Below, piece by piece: positions 61,293 to 64,000 of a stretch of 64,000 bases of DNA. How positions within the stretch are numbered: the first letter of the stretch is position 1; the number at the start of each line of letters is the position of its first letter. The position numbers and the translations under genes are program-made. This DNA is from Entomortierella parvispora E1425 (lineage: Eukaryota; Fungi; Mortierellomycota). The notes under the pieces are model-generated. The model worked only from the letters and a program-made list of their open reading frames with translations. It had not been told where the DNA came from and did not search any database. The stretch lies in contig BQFW01000013.1 of the NCBI GenBank assembly GCA_020891255.1, positions 1,798,001 to 1,862,000 on the forward strand, written 5' to 3'.

Positions 61293-62726
61293 TTACGCCT
61301 TGGACTCCTCCAGTCCATAGGTCTTGTCCTCCTCGACCTGCACAGCTGTAGATTGGTCGTAAGCGAGCTGATCGTTGGCACGCGACTGCTTCTCGTACTC
61401 CATGCGTTTGTAGGGGGAGTTGATCATGAACACGGGGATGACAACAAGGACGCACCAGACGGCCATGAAGATGAGCGGAGGGTTGATGTTCTTGGTCGCT
61501 GACAGGTGGTCGTCCTGAAGCTTTCCAAGAATCAACAAGAAAATGACACCCATCAATTGTCCAAAAGCCCAGAGAATCGAGGCAGAGGAGGCGGGCGTAA
61601 CCGGGTAGGTCATCTCGACCGCCATCTCCAAAGCCGCAGGCAGGACGGCGAACGCCGACAAGCCCATGATGACCGAAACTGCCATGATACCACCCATGTC
61701 ACCCCTGCGCACCGCAAAGACAAAGGCCACGATCGACAAGGCCGTGATGGGGACCAGGGTCTTGATCAGGGACTTGTACTGCTTGGTCTTGTCTATCACA
61801 GGTCCCGCAATGCCAGCACCGATCAATCCAGCCACGACCATGGCCGCCCCCATGTAACCCGCTTCATCGGTCGAATAACCAAAAGGTTCCGTAAACTGAG
61901 AGATCAAGGACGTCACAGAGTTGAAGACGGCCACGAACGAACCAAAGACGATCATCAGCATCAAGAACTGTGTGTTGACCAGAACCTTCTTCAACAGGAC
62001 CCAGAAAGGCTCCTCGATGGTCTCCTTCAGAGCCTCCTCAGCCGAAGCCGAAGGGGGTGTTGGGGGTCTCTCTTGGATAAAGAATGCAGGGATAATGGCG
62101 ACGGTGGACAGGATAGCACAGACCAGGACAGTAGTACTCATGGTATCGCCTGAGGTCGTGATCACTGGGATGATGAGCTGCGCCAGCGCGGCTGCAAACG
62201 CGTTCGAGACCGATCCCAACATGGTGGCCGTCGTCCTTCCGTTTTCCGAGAACCAGACGGCAGCATACTTGGGGACCACGCCCAAAAAGTAAGGCTGGGC
62301 ACCCGAAGCAATGACCTGACCGACCAGCGTCAGTGCGATGCGACGGCCGCCATGACCAGGGCTCGAATCGATAAAGTCCGCAAAGTACCTCAACCAGGAC
62401 CCAATCACCTGGATCACACCTCCAAAGATCAGGGACTTTTTGATGCCGTATTTCTCAAACATCCAGCCAGAGACGGGGGCCATGAGGACGTAACAAATAA
62501 AGTAGATGATCGACGTCATGTTCACAGTGTCGGACCCACAGTTCAGGTAGTCTTCTGCATAGGTTGCTACGGACGAGTAGGACAACCAGACAAAGCCTGT
62601 AGCAATGTTGAGGAGGACGATGGAGAAGAGTCCAAAGTAGCGGATCTTGTAGGTCTTGTAGACCTTGACGCCACGGTGTGGATCGGCCTCACCAGAGTCG
62701 GCCGCGGCAATAGGCTCTGCGGACAT
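61293..62726 (-). CDS. MFS transporter, FLVCR/SLC49-like (477 aa)
   Basis: Intronless, about 12 hydrophobic segments. YKVYKTYKIRYFGL-type start, GQVIASGAQPYFL...AAVWFSENGRTTAT, PPTPPSASA loop, E-MTYPV motif. Confidence 0.88.
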   Translation of the reverse strand: MSAEPIAAADSGEADPHRGVKVYKTYKIRYFGLFSIVLLNIATGFVWLSYSSVATYAEDYLNCGSDTVNMTSIIYFICYVLMAPVSGWMFEKYGIKKSLIFGGVIQVIGSWLRYFADFIDSSPGHGGRRIALTLVGQVIASGAQPYFLGVVPKYAAVWFSENGRTTATMLGSVSNAFAAALAQLIIPVITTSGDTMSTTVLVCAILSTVAIIPAFFIQERPPTPPSASAEEALKETIEEPFWVLLKKVLVNTQFLMLMIVFGSFVAVFNSVTSLISQFTEPFGYSTDEAGYMGAAMVVAGLIGAGIAGPVIDKTKQYKSLIKTLVPITALSIVAFVFAVRRGDMGGIMAVSVIMGLSAFAVLPAALEMAVEMTYPVTPASSASILWAFGQLMGVIFLLILGKLQDDHLSATKNINPPLIFMAVWCVLVVIPVFMINSPYKRMEYEKQSRANDQLAYDQSTAVQVEEDKTYGLEESKA

Positions 62727-64000
62727 TGTGAGAGAAAAGAGGAATAAGGATTGGAAGTCCGAGAGCGATTGAAACGGATTGTGGCACCAGAAAGGAAAGA
62801 AGGTGGGAGGAGGACAGGGCGAGAGGAGAGGCGGTGGGAAAGGTAAAGAATGAGAGAAAGAATGAAGGGAAGAAAGAGAAATGGACAGCTAAAGAGGAAT
62901 GACTGAAACGATGCAGTCAGTCTAGACCATGAGGCAAGCTGGAAGTGAATGGCCGGGAGGATGGAGGTCGGGGGTTGAAGGCAGGGGGGATGGAGGCAGG
63001 GGAGGAGGACCACAGGGTGGAGAAGGGAAAAGAAAAAGACAAAAGAAAAAAAAAAAAAAAAAAGAAAAAGAGAGCCGAGTTTTCATGAAAGAGGGACAGA
63101 CACAGACCCGAGAGCGGTGAGCACGCGGTCGCGGTCGGGTGTCTTTGCTTTCTCCATTCATTTTTCCTTGGGTTGTCTGCCTGTCTGTCTCCTTGCTACC
63201 TTTTTTTTTTTTTTGAGTTGCTTGCTGCTTGGTTGGAAGGCGCTTGTCCATCGGGGACAGTGTTGTGTTGTGTGTCTTTGCTTGTTGTTTGTGTCTGTGA
63301 GGTCAAGCCCTGTCGGTCTGCTCGCCTATCTGTCCGTCTATTCGTCTGTGCCAACGGACCCCCTCTTCGTCTTCACTTTGTCATAATTTGTGCGGTGGTC
63401 TCCTCCTTCTCTTTCCTTCCTGCACATTGCCACTGCTCCGCTGTTGGTCCTTCTTAGTCGTCTTCATTTAAAGTCACCTGTCGTCTGTCTGCGGGCTCTC
63501 CGTAGTAGTAGTGGGCACCACTACCGCTCCAGCCGTTGTCGTCGTCGTTTGCCTTTTGGCATCCCGCTCATGCCCGCCATGCCCAGCGATGCACACCATA
63601 TCATCATACAAGTACCCACCTGTCGACAGTATGTGGGTCTCCTCTCTTCGTCCTCCGATAGTTTTTTCATATTATGCTCTTGGGGGTGCAAAGTTTAGTG
63701 TATGAAGACCTTTGGTCTTCCTCAATTGCAAGGTTGCACAAGACATCGCGTTGTGCTCGGTTGGGGGGGATAGAGCAAAAATAATCCATCTTGAAAGTGA
63801 CCCCACCAAATGACAAAAACAACAAACAAACCAAACGCAAACTTATGGGTAATTTCTTGATAAGTTCTTCTCTCCCCCTTTCCGTCCTTGGACAAGCAAA
63901 TCAAAACGCAGGCACAACATGTGTTCATCCAGTAGGATTTAGGTCTTTGTTTTTTTTTTTGGAAGAAATATGAAAAGGAATGTAAGCAGAACAAAAAAAA

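Noticed and set aside
63560-63640. Possible first exon of a gene leaving the window (ATG...|GTATGT)
   Set aside because: No downstream exon or homology visible.

Overview
Eukaryotic, intron-containing fungal DNA, most likely Mortierellaceae (inferred from GT-AG introns with CTAAC branch points, a fused ARG5,6, a large DUF3712-type gene and a Mortierella-type NACHT remnant). Ordinary genes: DUF3712/Tag1-like membrane protein, ankyrin + coiled-coil protein, mitochondrial DEAD-box helicase, U1A/U2B''-type snRNP protein, Q-rich protein, STE20-like probable pseudokinase, SUA5, HUL5/UBE3C-type HECT ligase, ARG5,6 and an MFS transporter. There is also a ~2820-aa protein ending in a TFIIB-like cyclin core, and an accessory block at ~20-25 kb (chromodomain remnant, degenerate repeats, small secreted proteins). 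Main discovery: the ~5.4-kb, ~112-bp-period 'satellite' at 45.5-51.0 kb is, on the minus strand, a run of 49 spliceosomal introns separated by 48 variable 3-nt micro-exons (YAG|NNN|GT in every unit). A signal-peptide exon (51129-51068) precedes them and a 10-nt stop exon (45516-45507) follows. Joining all exons gives an open 71-aa secreted peptide: MKIEFLLVLVAFLGLTIAAPVPGDCYPTYPGDDRCYPTYPGDDRCKTPPPPPDNTPPRDPPCHYGERCYKK*. This is essentially one intron per codon, and the ORF track cannot see it. All splice models were read by hand and lack transcript evidence.
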